A stretch of 64,000 nt of DNA from Octopus sinensis (Eukaryota). The stretch covers positions 10,624 through 74,623 of the forward strand of contig NW_021834230.1 of assembly GCF_006345805.1 (NCBI RefSeq), in the 5' to 3' direction. The notes beneath the pieces were generated by a model. That model searched no databases, was not told where the DNA came from, and saw only the letters and a list, made by a program, of their open reading frames with translations. The translations under genes and the position numbers were made by a program. Below are positions 26,038 to 37,089 of the stretch, piece by piece (position 1 is the first letter of the stretch; the number at the start of each line of letters is the position of its first letter).

Positions 26038-28163
26038 ATATACACACGTGTACATGAGATCTTCATTCTATATCGATGTCAGCCAAAAGCAGGACCAAGC
26101 TTCATTTTTAACCTTTTATCATTTCCCACATATGGGCATTGCATTATCCAATGTGTTTTTAAAGACCGTTGGGTGTGATTTGATGGAGATTTGGCTGCCA
26201 TTTCTAGCAGGGCAGCTGATCGTACCATTTTAAATCTCATCGGTTCCAGATCTTTTCAACTCCATAGTATTTAATAGATGTAGTCATGGCCAGCATAGAT
26301 TCTACTAGAAATATTTAAGTGTTGAGACGTTCAGTGACTGTATATGATGTATGTATAACATATATATATTATAAGGGTCTAAGTTTTTTAACTGAAAAAT
26401 ATACACTCGTGAAAGTTAACAGCGAAACTTAAAATATCCATGCGGTGCCCCAGCATGGCCTCAGCTCGTGAGCTGAAACTAGATAAAAAAAATAATAAGG
26501 TTCATATTCTGTGTCCGTGTCCGCCAAGATCAGAAACCAATTTTCATTTAAATGTTTATTTTTGTCTTCAAAGACCGTTGAGTGTGATCTGATAAAGATT
26601 TGGCTGCTATTTCTAGCAGGTCAGTGTATAATGATGTATATATGATGGGGAAAAAAAAGAGGCGCTTAATTTTTCATTTATGTACACACGTGGTCTTGAC
26701 AGCCAAAGGAGTAAAATTCACATTCTTTAGTCATGTCCCCTAAAACCAGAACCCGTGATCCTTTTCCGCGTTTCTTTTACTTCTTGGAATTTATGCAAAG
26801 CGCCTCTTTCCTGTAAAAGACTTTTGTGTGATCGGATAAAGATTTAACTGCTATTTCTAGCGGGCCGACCAATTATGGGGCAAACTGCGGCTAACAGGAC
26901 TTTTGCGGCCCACCTGATGGCTAGACATGTCTTGTGCGGCCCGATTCTCGAAAAATAGTTGCTCATTGCATTGGCTCGAAGACAATTCTCAATGATTCCG
27001 TTTGCAAAAACAAAAGGAAATATTTAGTTGTGGTTTAGGGGTCGCAGTGGGGATCTTTTATGCAATAGTTTGCACCTACGAACGAAAATAAATTGAAAGC
27101 GGCGTAATTAAAATTGGAAACGAAATAATTGGTAAATATAGTTAAAAATATGGATTAAATATTTAAAAAAATAAAGTGTCTTCTATTTTGAAATGTGTGA
27201 TGCGAAAAAAATTTAGAAAAATCCTACCAATTGGACACTGGGGTCGATGTAATTGACTCCACCATCAAAAATAGCTGGTCTTTAAACATGCAAATGGACC
27301 AGCGTCCCTTTTAGACGGAGGATCTTGATCTTGGGTCAACTTACATGTCATGGAAATGTGTAATATTTAATACATTTGGGTGTATATTGATTGATGAAGG
27401 TCCTAGCTGTTCACCAAGATTATATACACACGTGTACGTGAGATCTTCATTCTATATCCATGTCAGCTTTTTGTAGATGTAAGGGGTTTTTAAATTGCTG
27501 GCAGTGGAGGGATTAAATATTCACATCTTTCCAAGGTCATCTTTGTCTTCCCTATTTCCAGGGCTGGTGAGGTCACCAAGTGGACTATTGACAAGAGATA
27601 CTTGTCAAAAGAACTGTTGCTTCTTTGCTAGAATCGTTAGAATGCCTGGCGAAATGCTTAGCAGTATTTCGTCTGCTCTACGTTCTGAGTTCAAATTCCG
27701 CTGAAGTCGACTTTACCATTCATCCTTTCCGGGGGGGGGGGGGGGGTGATTAAATAAGTACCAGTTACGCACTGGGGTGAATGTAATGGACTTAATCCCT
27801 TGTCCTTGTTTGTCTCCTCTATGTTTAGCCCCTTGTGGACAATAAAGAAATAATTATTATTATTGGTAAGGTAGCGAGCTGGCAGAATTGTTAGCACGCT
27901 GGACAAACTGCTTGGTGGTATTTCATCTGCTGCTATGTTCTGAGTTCAAATCCTGTGAGGTTGACTTTGCCTTTCATCCCTTTGTGGTCAATGTAATTGA
28001 CTCATTCCCTCCCTCATAATTGCTGCCCTTGTGGCAAAATTTGAAACTAATATTTTTATCATTTTCTTATGGTAACATGGTGGGCTAGCATGGCAGGCTT
28101 AGCAGCTTTTGTCCATCTTCATGTTCTGAGTTCAAATGTCTTAGAGTTGACTGTTGCTGACTG

Positions 28164-28236
28164 ATCCTGTGATGATAGATCATGTACCACTCTGACTTTC
28201 CCAGATGGACAAACAAACACCCATTTATCTGAGGAT
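28164..28236 (+). ncRNA. Box C/D snoRNA copy 1 (U32/SNORD32-like guide), intron upstream of the first RPL13 coding exon
   Basis: atcc stem, C box gtgatga 28169-75, guide tcatgtaccact + D' ctga 28192-95, C'-like agatgga, D ctga 28229-32, ggat stem. Confidence 0.88.
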
Positions 28237-28722
28237 TTTGGCCAGCACAGCTCTTTTTAATACTTCCAAATGATCCCTTGGCCCCTTAACATCCAGATGT
28301 AATGCTTATTTATTTACATTGTTTTGAATTAACAATATATGAGCTTATAGCTTGAAGATTTCAATGATGTGTTTGCATATTTTTAGAATGACATTGTAGG
28401 GTAGGTGTGAGAGGTCAGGTCTGGTCAGTGGTCAGTTTGAACATAAAACAAATAGAATATTTGGGCTGGATATGGCTGGATCAAATGCTAAAGGGTACCA
28501 AAGGACCGATAAACTACGAACAATTTGTCGTGCTTTGAATAACTTGGAAAGACTTTTAAACAGTGGAATTGGTCCGTGAAGAGGGAGGACTGATTTTGGG
28601 AAATCAAAAACAGAATTGGCTGCCTTTCAGGGGTCAGTAAAAAAGGTACTACTTGATGTAGTCGACTCGACCCTTTTGCCCCCAAATTTAATACCATTTT
28701 TATTACTGTTTCAGTTATCACT

Positions 28723-28968
28723 ATGGCACGTCTTGGAAACCAAACGGTGCCCAATGGCCATTTTCACAAGGACTGGCAGCGCTATGTCCGAACCTGGTTT
28801 GACCAGCCAATGCGCAAAAAGCGCCGAGCGAGGAAGAGGATGATTAAAGCAAGGAAAGTAGCTCCCAGACCAGCTGCTGGCCCTCTTCGGCCAATCGTCA
28901 CATGTCCTTCCATCAAATACAACATGCGTGTCCGTGCTGGACGTGGTTTCACCATTGAAGAGTTGAAG
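28723..28968 (+). CDS. RPL13: 60S ribosomal protein L13, coding exon 1
   Basis: [29 protein letters not shown]...[12 protein letters not shown] is the eL13 signature. Acceptor ttcag at 28710-14 (so a 5'UTR exon lies upstream), donor gtaagt at 28969, phase 0. Confidence 0.98.
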
Positions 28969-29911
28969 GTAAGTCTGTTTGGTCAGGTTGAATGGGTGAG
29001 CGTGTGGTTATATATAAAGGTGGCTGAAGAAGCATCTGAGAGGACACGGGTTCATTTCTTGTCAGTGGTGCTGAGCTTGTCATGTGACAGCAGTACTGGA
29101 CTACCCGTGATCCGTAGGGCCATTGATGGTTCAGGTTATAAAACATTGAAATGAAAATTAATTTTATGATGATTCAGTTAAATATTTCAATTCGTTCATG
29201 TCACCTCAGGTCTGGTTTGGAAGTTTGTGTTAAAGGTTTTATTGATTATTTACACCAGTGCTTCTCAAACTGTGTTGGCAGCTTTTTTTTTTTTCTTTTC
29301 TCCTAAGTGCCGGGGACCGGTAATATTAATTTATACCGGAAACAATATATATATATGTGGAGAGCTGGTAGAAACGTTAGCATGCCGGGCGAAATTCGTA
29401 GCCGTATTTTGTCTACCTTTATGTTCTGAGTTTAAATTCCACCGAGGTCGACTTTGCCTTTCATCCTTTCGGGGTCGATAAATTAAGTACCAGTTACGCA
29501 CTGGGGTCGATGTAATCGACTTAATCCCTTTGTCCTTGTTTAGCCCCTTGTGGCTAGTAAAGAAATATATATAAATATATATATATATATATAATGAACA
29601 TAATATAAGTTGACAAATTTCTTGAAATACATTGCTTTTCGTCATCATTTAATGCCCGCTTCCCATGCTGTGTCATAAAACCAAAAGTGCTTCTCAGGTT
29701 CTTATCCAAAGACCTAATTAACACCTGGTATTGAGACGTCAAGTAAAAGGTGGGGTTTTTTTTTCTTTTTTTTAAGGATATGTTACTGTACGCTGGCACC
29801 TGTGGCTGTTCCCCCCCACTAACCCCAGCATCACAATACTTTCCATTGGTGTTGGTTGCATCTCTCCTACAGATATGTAATCCTTGTTCTTTTATTTCTG
29901 TGTGTTTGTAG

Positions 29912-30085
29912 AAAGCTGGCATCAGCAAGAGGGAAGCCCCCACCATTGGAATTGCTGTTGATTACAGAAGACGCAGCATGTCTGCTGAGGAACTCCAGGC
30001 CAATGCCCAGAGGCTGAAGGAATACAAATCCAGATTGATCCTGTTCCCCAGGAAGATGAGCAAACCCGGCAAGAAGGATTCTTCG
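29912..30085 (+). CDS. RPL13: 60S ribosomal protein L13, coding exon 2
   Basis: tag|[58 protein letters not shown]|gtgaat, phase 0/0. Confidence 0.97.
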
Positions 30086-30510
30086 GTGAATATGGCTTTG
30101 ATTCTTTCTTTTTCTTTTTTTTTTCCCCCTGGTATTTATAGAATCTGTGTGGTGTGGCTCACATCTACAATCACTTCATAATATTGAAGCCTTGAGATAA
30201 TGCAAGATTAATTCAAGGCAATGGGAATAAATAAGAATTACGTTTGACAGAGGGAGCTGAATGCTAAAGGATTAAAGCAGTGGTTTTCAGCCAGGGTTCT
30301 GCCAGTACAGTGCAGGGGTTCCTCAAAAAGTTACAGTACTGCTAAAATCGGCAGTAATTTTTAATTCTCCTGTGCAGATATTTGTGCATAAGACTATTAA
30401 ATTATTGCACAGGGGTTCCTCGAGCCAGTGGAATGTTTCCCTGGGGTTCCGCTCCAGAAAAAAGTTTGAAAAGCTCTGGATTAAAGTATAGCTAAGTATG
30501 TTGTTGACTG

Positions 30511-30583
30511 ATCCAGTGATGATAAATCATGTACCACTCTGACCTACCAAGATGGACAAACAAACACCCATTTATCTGAGGAT
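30511..30583 (+). ncRNA. Box C/D snoRNA copy 2
   Basis: C box 30516-22, same D' guide, D box 30576-79, atcc/ggat stem. Confidence 0.88.
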
Positions 30584-31590
30584 ATCGGTCACCATAGCCA
30601 TTTAATTGTTTTGGAGTGATCGTAGATAATGACCGCTATCAACTCTACTGCGGCATCCACCATCATTGACATCGTTTAATATCCACTTTTACATGGCTCA
30701 GATAGAATTTGCTGAGGTAGATATTTCTCTGGCTGGAAGGATACCTTTCCTGTCACCAACCTTTGTCTGTTTCTGAGTAAGGTCATATTTACATGGAAGG
30801 TTGGAAATGAAGGACGGTGCTTGTATGATGGTGACGCTAGCTTTGGTATGTATTGTGATGGCGAGGCAAGAAGACACCAACTTCCAAACATACACACACA
30901 TACATTTATACTTATATATGTCTAATGTTCATTTTCCATGCTGGCATGGGTTGGACGGTTTGACTGGGGTCTGGAGAGCCGGTGGCTGCACCAGGCTTCA
31001 ATCTAATCTGGGAATGTTTCTACAGCTGGATGCCCTTCCTAATGCCAACCACTCCAAGAGTGTAGTGGGTGCTTTTTACGTGCTACCAGTACAAGAGCCA
31101 GTCGCAGTACTGGCATCAGCCAAAATTGGATGGTGCTTTTTATGTGCCACCGGCGCAGGACCCAGTCAGGCGGACCTGGCATATATATATATGAGTGTAT
31201 ATAGATATATGTATATATATATACACACACATCTATAGTGACAAAAGTTTAGCTCATTAGGATATGCACAGGCCATATCAGGCTCGAATATTCCTGTTTT
31301 TGTGTTCAAGCTGGTTGGATCCTTCTTCCTTACAATGTCATTCTCAAAATAATCACAGCATCAAAATGTCTAAGCTATGAGATGATACACGATTAATTCA
31401 TCATACCAAACTTTTTTTTTTTTTTAAATAGTAAGTGGGCCACTCCTTATGAGGTGGGCCCCACTGCTGAAAAATTTCCAGGCAATTTTTTGTTAGGCAT
31501 GCCATTCAGAAAATCTTGCAGGCCATAGGTTACCTTATGCCTCGTTTGAAATATATGTGTATCCCTATATCGGTAACGTGTTGTTGACTG

Positions 31591-31663
31591 ATCCGGTGAT
31601 GATAGATCATGTACCACTCTGACCTTCCGAGATGGACAAACAAACACCCATTTATCTGAGGAT
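31591..31663 (+). ncRNA. Box C/D snoRNA copy 3
   Basis: C box 31596-602, same D' guide, D box 31656-59, atcc/ggat stem. Confidence 0.88.
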
Positions 31664-32250
31664 TTTGGCCAGCACAGCTCTTTTTAATACTTCCAAATGA
31701 CCCCTTGGCCCCTTAACATTCAGATGTAATGCTTATTTATTCACATTGTTTTGAATTAACAATCTATGAGCTTATAGCTTGAAGATTTCAATGATGTGTT
31801 TGCATATTTTAAGAATGACATTGTGGGGTAGGTGTGAGAGGTCAGGTCTGGTCAGTGGTCAGTTTGAACATAAAACAAATAGAATATTTGGGCTGGATTA
31901 GATGCTAAAGAGTTAGAATTTCTAAAGGGTCGCAAAAGACCGATAAACTACGAAGAATTTGTTGTGCTTTGAATAACATGGAAAAACTTCTAAACAGTGG
32001 AATTGGTCCGTGAACAGGGGGGGGGGGGCTGATTTTGGGAAATCAAAAACAGAATTGGGTTGGACATGTCCTTCAGGACGAGTGACGAAAGAAAAGGACT
32101 ACAACAGGTTGAAAGGAACTGAATGGCAGGGATCAAATTTAAGGAAAGACGAAGTAGATAAATTGGTTTAAACTTTTGCCACAAGGCCTGCAATTTAGGA
32201 GTGGTGGTGAGGTGAGGTGATTACCTTGAGACCCAGGGACCAATTGGTAC

Positions 32251-32479
32251 TTAACCCTTTTGTTACCATATTTCTGTTGAGATGCTCTGTGTTTCTTCCA
32301 ATTACTTTAAATATAACAAAGAATTTAGTAAAATAACTTAGTTATCATTCAGCTAGATTAAGGAACATAAATTGTGACTAAGATTTGGTGGAAGATTTTA
32401 ATTCAAAACTTATGAAAACAAGACATTTGTACTACAGAGCCAGAGGTGGTTTCAGCCGGGTTGGTAAGGAAAGGGTTAA
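32251..32479. mobile_element. piggyBac-like MITE (TTAA-CCCTTT...AAAGGG-TTAA)
   Basis: TTAA at both ends with CCCTTT/AAAGGG termini; near-identical copies at 34265-34477 and 35973-36200. Confidence 0.85.
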
Positions 32480-33043
32480 TGGATGAAAGGCAAAGTCATT
32501 CCTAGCCACAGTTTATATATATGTATATCTCTCTTATTCTTTTATTTGTTTTGGTCATTTGACTGTGGCCATGCTGGGGCACTGCCATTGAAGGGGTTGG
32601 GTTGAACAAATTGACTCAGGGACTTAGTTTTGTTCAGCTTGGTACTTATCCGCTCGGCCTATTTTGCCGAACCACTAAATTACAGGGACGTAAACACACC
32701 AACACTGGTTGTCAGGCAGTGATGGGGGATAAACACAAAACACCTGCACGTGTATGTATGTATGTATATATATGTGTGTGTGTGAATATGTATATATATG
32801 TTTGTGTATGTGTGTATGTATGTGTATATATATATATGTGTGTGTCTGTGTATGTATACACACTCACGCAGGGCAGGCTTATTCCTGTTTGTCTACCAGG
32901 TAGACTCAATGCTAGAGTAAGACAGTAACCCACGCACTGGGACTGAACCTGGGACCATGTGTTTGGGGAGCAAGCTTCTTACCACTCAGCCACGTTTGCG
33001 CCTATACGCACACACACACAATATGGTAACATCTTGTTGACCG

Positions 33044-33116
33044 ATCCGGTGATGATAGATCATGTACCACTCTGACCTTTCAAGATGGACAAACAAACAC
33101 CCATTTATCTGAGGAT
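33044..33116 (+). ncRNA. Box C/D snoRNA copy 4
   Basis: C box 33049-55, same D' guide, D box 33109-12, atcc/ggat stem. Confidence 0.88.
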
Positions 33117-33489
33117 TTTGGTCATCACAGCTATTTTACCCCAGGGTGGTTAGAAGCAATCTTTATTGTAATATGAAGTAGATTTAGTGTTGTATGGCTT
33201 GATACACAGTCTCTGGTGTTTGGGAAGGGATTTCTGGTAAATATTGTGGTCCTAGCTATGCAGGAATGCCATGTTTGAAAAGGGCCCAAGCGCCATAAGA
33301 CTGGGTTTCTCTAGATTCTGGGGTGTGTATGTATTCCGTCCCTGGATGGGAGGCTGGTCCATTGTAGAGTTACTCATTTTTGCCAGTTGCGTGGGCTGGA
33401 GCAATAGGGAATGAAGTGTTTTGCTCAAGAATACAATGTATCGCCTGGTAACTTTGGGATTTTAGTGATGTGTTTCTGTATTTCTATAT

Positions 33490-33687
33490 CAGTGCTTTTC
33501 AAACTTTTTGCTGGAGCGGAACCCCAAGGAAACATTCCACTGGCTCGAGGAACCCCTGTGCAATAATTTAATAGTCTTATGCACACATATCTGCACAGGA
33601 AACTTAAAAATTACTGCCGATTTTAGCATTTTTGTAACTTCTTGCGGAACCCTAAGGTTCCGAGGAACCCTGGTTGAAAACCACTGT
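33490..33687. mobile_element. hAT (Charlie-like) MITE
   Basis: TIR cagtgcttttcaa...ttgaaaaccactg, flanks ttctatat/ttctagaa. Copies at 62490-62707 (flanks gactagag/gtctagag) and, partial and inverted, near 30277-30480. Confidence 0.75.
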
Positions 33688-33911
33688 TCTAGAATGACAT
33701 TGTAAGATAGGTGCGAGAGGCCAGATCTGGTCAGTTTCAATATTTTGGGCTGGATATGGTCGGTTCCAATGTTAAGTAGTGACAGAAATGAGTGTCTTGC
33801 TGTTGAGGGTTTACATGGCCACCCCAACTGAAAAAGAGAAATGGTGAGGAAGAATGTTTGCAAGGAATATATACACACGATTTGGTAGGGTTTATGTTGT
33901 GCTGTTTCTTG

Positions 33912-33987
33912 ACCCAGTGATGATAAATCATGTACCACTCTGACCTTCCGAGATGGACAAACAATCACCCATTATTTATCTGAGGAC
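33912..33987 (+). ncRNA. Box C/D snoRNA copy 5 (D-side guide disrupted)
   Basis: C box 33917-23, D' guide intact, D box 33980-83. Carries a 3-nt insertion and a substitution in the D guide and a weakened terminal stem. Confidence 0.7.
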
Positions 33988-34264
33988 ATTGGTCAGCACA
34001 GCTGCCCCGAGGTGGTGTTAAGTCTCTTGCTCAAGGTGGGTGGTCAACTAATCTCTTTCTGTGCAGACTTTGCTCTCTGAAGCAGTCAGTCATCAATGAT
34101 TTGTGGTGGGACCTGCACATTGATGGTTTGGGGGTGTTCTGGTGAGTTTGTGCGGCAGGATTGTGTGATTAGGGGTGGTGGCAATTGCCTCTTGCGTGTC
34201 TGGGGATTGTCAGGCTGATGTTATTGTTTCAGTCATTGGGCAATGGCCATGCTGGAGTACTGCC

Positions 34265-34477
34265 TTAACCCTTTCGTTACTGTATTTCTGTTGGGATGCT
34301 CTGTATTTCTTTCAATTACTTTAAATATAACAAAGAATTTAGTAAAATAACTTAGTTATCATTGAGCTAGGGTTAGAAACATAAATTGTGACTAAGGTTT
34401 GGCGGAAGATTTTAATTCAAAACTAATGAAAACAAGACATTTGTACTACAGAGCCGGGTTGGTAACGAAAGGGTTAA
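34265..34477. mobile_element. piggyBac-like MITE copy 2
   Basis: ttaaccctttcgttac...gtaacgaaagggttaa. Confidence 0.85.
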
Positions 34478-35080
34478 AGGGTTTTACTGCCGGATGAGAT
34501 AGTGAAGATGCCGACGACTGCTCGGTTCAAAGTCTCTCTTGACCAGAAATGGCCTGAACTCTTGGCATGAACACAACCCTGTACATAACTGCATGGCCTT
34601 GCTCTTTGCTTTTTGAGCCAAAAAATTAAATTAACTTAACTTGAACAACTGGACCACAGCATTTATTTTTTAAAGTTTTGTATTAACATTTTGGCACAAG
34701 GGAGTGAGGTGAAGTCAACTTGAGTGGGATTTGAACTCGGGACAAATGCAGCCCTCCTTGGAATATTGAAATTATCTTTGTCTTCACAGCATTCAAATCA
34801 TCATCATCGTTTAACCTCTGCTTTCCATGCTGGCATGGGTTGGACAGTTTGATGTGGAGCTTGTTAGCTAGGGGATATCCAGACTCCCAACTCTCTTGTG
34901 GCATGGTTTCTTTGCCTGGATTGTTAGGTTCTGTGTTCAAATTCCACTGAAGTTGGGTTGGGTGTGGTGGGCCTTGTGCTTTTGGCTGAAAGAATTCTTA
35001 ATGGTATCTCTTGTGTTTTGGAGCCGGGCGAAATGCCCAACGGTATTTCGTCTGTCCTTACATTATGGTTTTGTTGACTG

Positions 35081-35153
35081 ATCCAATGATGATAGATCAT
35101 GTACCACTCTGACCTTTCAAGATGGACAAACAAACACCCATTTATCTGAGGAT
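35081..35153 (+). ncRNA. Box C/D snoRNA copy 6
   Basis: C box atgatga 35086-92, same D' guide, D box 35146-49, atcc/ggat stem. Confidence 0.88.
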
Positions 35154-35972
35154 ATTGGTCATCATAACAACTTGAGATGAGGGCAGGTAATCCTTCTGAT
35201 TAAGGCTTGGGTTAACCTTGGGCAAACAAGCATTTCATCACCCGGCCCAGCTGGGATAATTTATTTCTATACCTAAGACTATATATCCAACGTGTCGTCT
35301 CCATGGGAAAGTGTGATTGGATCTTTTCCTTTTGATGGACGGAATTTTCTAGTTAACTAAACAATTTGAAACTTCGTATACTGGTAGAATGTGTGAAAAG
35401 AAAACATTATTGTAAACAAAATTGTAATTTGTAAGTTTAATGTAGTTTAATTCTTCGAATTTTAACCAATGAAATCCCAGCATTTGAGCTCCATCAAAAG
35501 GAAAAGATCTGTTGCTGTTTCTAGCAGATTGAGCAATTAGATCATTCATGAAAAGCCAGTGGCTTGCGGGACTTTCTAGATGTCGTGTTGAATGGATAAT
35601 TACTTTGGATTGGTTTGGTGATGCGGCCCATGTCTCTTATGCATCCTGCTTCTTGCAAAACGTTGCCTGTGCCTGAATCACATCGAGGCAATGTCATTGA
35701 CCATTAGAGGTGTGTGGCTCAGTGGTTTAGACTGTTGCATTCGTAATGGCAAGATAATGGTTTCAATTCCTGAACTGGGCGATGCATTGTATTCTTGAAC
35801 AAAACTCTTCATTCCACATTGCTTGAGTCTGTCCAGCTATCAAAGGACAACCGTGCGATGGACTGGCATCTCATTCAGAGGACAATATTGTGATCTTGGT
35901 CACTTGCATGCCGTAAAAACCAGGTACCCGACCCTATTTGGTTCTTGGGGTTGAGGGAGTAATGTAGAGGGC

Positions 35973-36200
35973 TTAACCCTTTCATTACTGTATTTATTTT
36001 GAGATGTTCTGTGTTTGTTTCAATTACTTTAAATATAACAAAGAATTTAGTAAAATAACTTAGTTATCATTAAGCTAGTGTTAGGAACATAAATTGTGAC
36101 TAAGGTTTGGTGGAAGATTTTAATTCAAAACTTATGAAAACAAGACATTTGTACTTGGAGCCAGAGCCGGTTTCAGCCAGGTTGGTAACGAAAGGGTTAA
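35973..36200. mobile_element. piggyBac-like MITE copy 3
   Basis: ttaaccctttcattac...gtaacgaaagggttaa. Confidence 0.85.
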
Positions 36201-36668
36201 TGATGTTTTTCACTGCTATCTTTAGCAGGCCAACTGATCACATAGGTGTTGCTACGCCGGGTAATGTGTTGTGTTCTTGAGCAAAACACTGTCCTGGTTG
36301 ACCGCAGGCTAAACTGTCACCTTCGGACCTAATCCTTATTCAGATTACTTTGCCAAATCTAGTATTTATTCGATGACGTATGAGGTGGTGTTGGAAAAGT
36401 TCCAGGCTTTGATTAAAAGAAAATACAGGAGGATCAGTTAAGAGATAGATGTAAGGGCCGGAAAACATTTTGGCAGGGCATGGCCAGTTTAAATGCTAAA
36501 GGGTTAAAAGTTAACTCCTTTTTCTAATCCCTTTGGGACGACCATTATGCCAATAATGACACACTCACTGGTTAAGTATCACTTCTTTCGTGTTAGTCAA
36601 TTGGTTAAATATCCAACTAACCGATCGATTGTTTTTCTAATTTCTCTCTCTGTTTTTTTCCTCTGCAG

Positions 36669-36884
36669 GCTGAAGAGATCAAGTTGGCCACCCAATTGAA
36701 GGGCACACTGATGCCAATTGTAAACAGGGTGAAGAAGGACAAACCACAGGTACTCACCAAGGACATGAGGAGGTTCAAGGCTCACCACACAATCAAGATT
36801 GCCCGCAAAGACAAACGTTTGTTCGGCCGAAGACAGAAGAGAGCCGAGAGGTTGGCAGCTGAAGAGGAATCTAAGAAGAAATAG
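36669..36884 (+). CDS. RPL13: 60S ribosomal protein L13, last coding exon
   Basis: ctctgcag|AEEIKLATQLKGTLMP...RLFGRRQKRAERLAAEEESKKK*. Spliced total 82+58+71 = 211 aa. Confidence 0.97.
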   Translation, partial: AEEIKLATQLKGTLMPIVNRVKKDKPQVLTKDMRRFKAHHTIKIARKDKRLFGRRQKRAERLAAEEESKKK

Positions 36885-36900
36885 AGACTGGCTTTGTGTG

Positions 36901-36906
36901 AATAAA
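36901..36906 (+). terminator. Polyadenylation signal of RPL13
   Basis: aataaa 16 nt after the stop codon; a very short 3'UTR is typical of ribosomal protein mRNAs. Confidence 0.7.
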
Positions 36907-36976
36907 TATTTCAGTAAATTCGATTGACTTTGTCATTTTATTATATATACAGGTGTGTGTGTGTAAACACACATTC

Positions 36977-37089
<113 letters not shown>

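Noticed and set aside
29050-29200. Additional snoRNA in the RPL13 intron between coding exons 1 and 2 (hairpin near 29055-29100; atgatga at 29167)
   Set aside because: No H/ACA boxes at the right spacing and no CTGA D box with a terminal stem.
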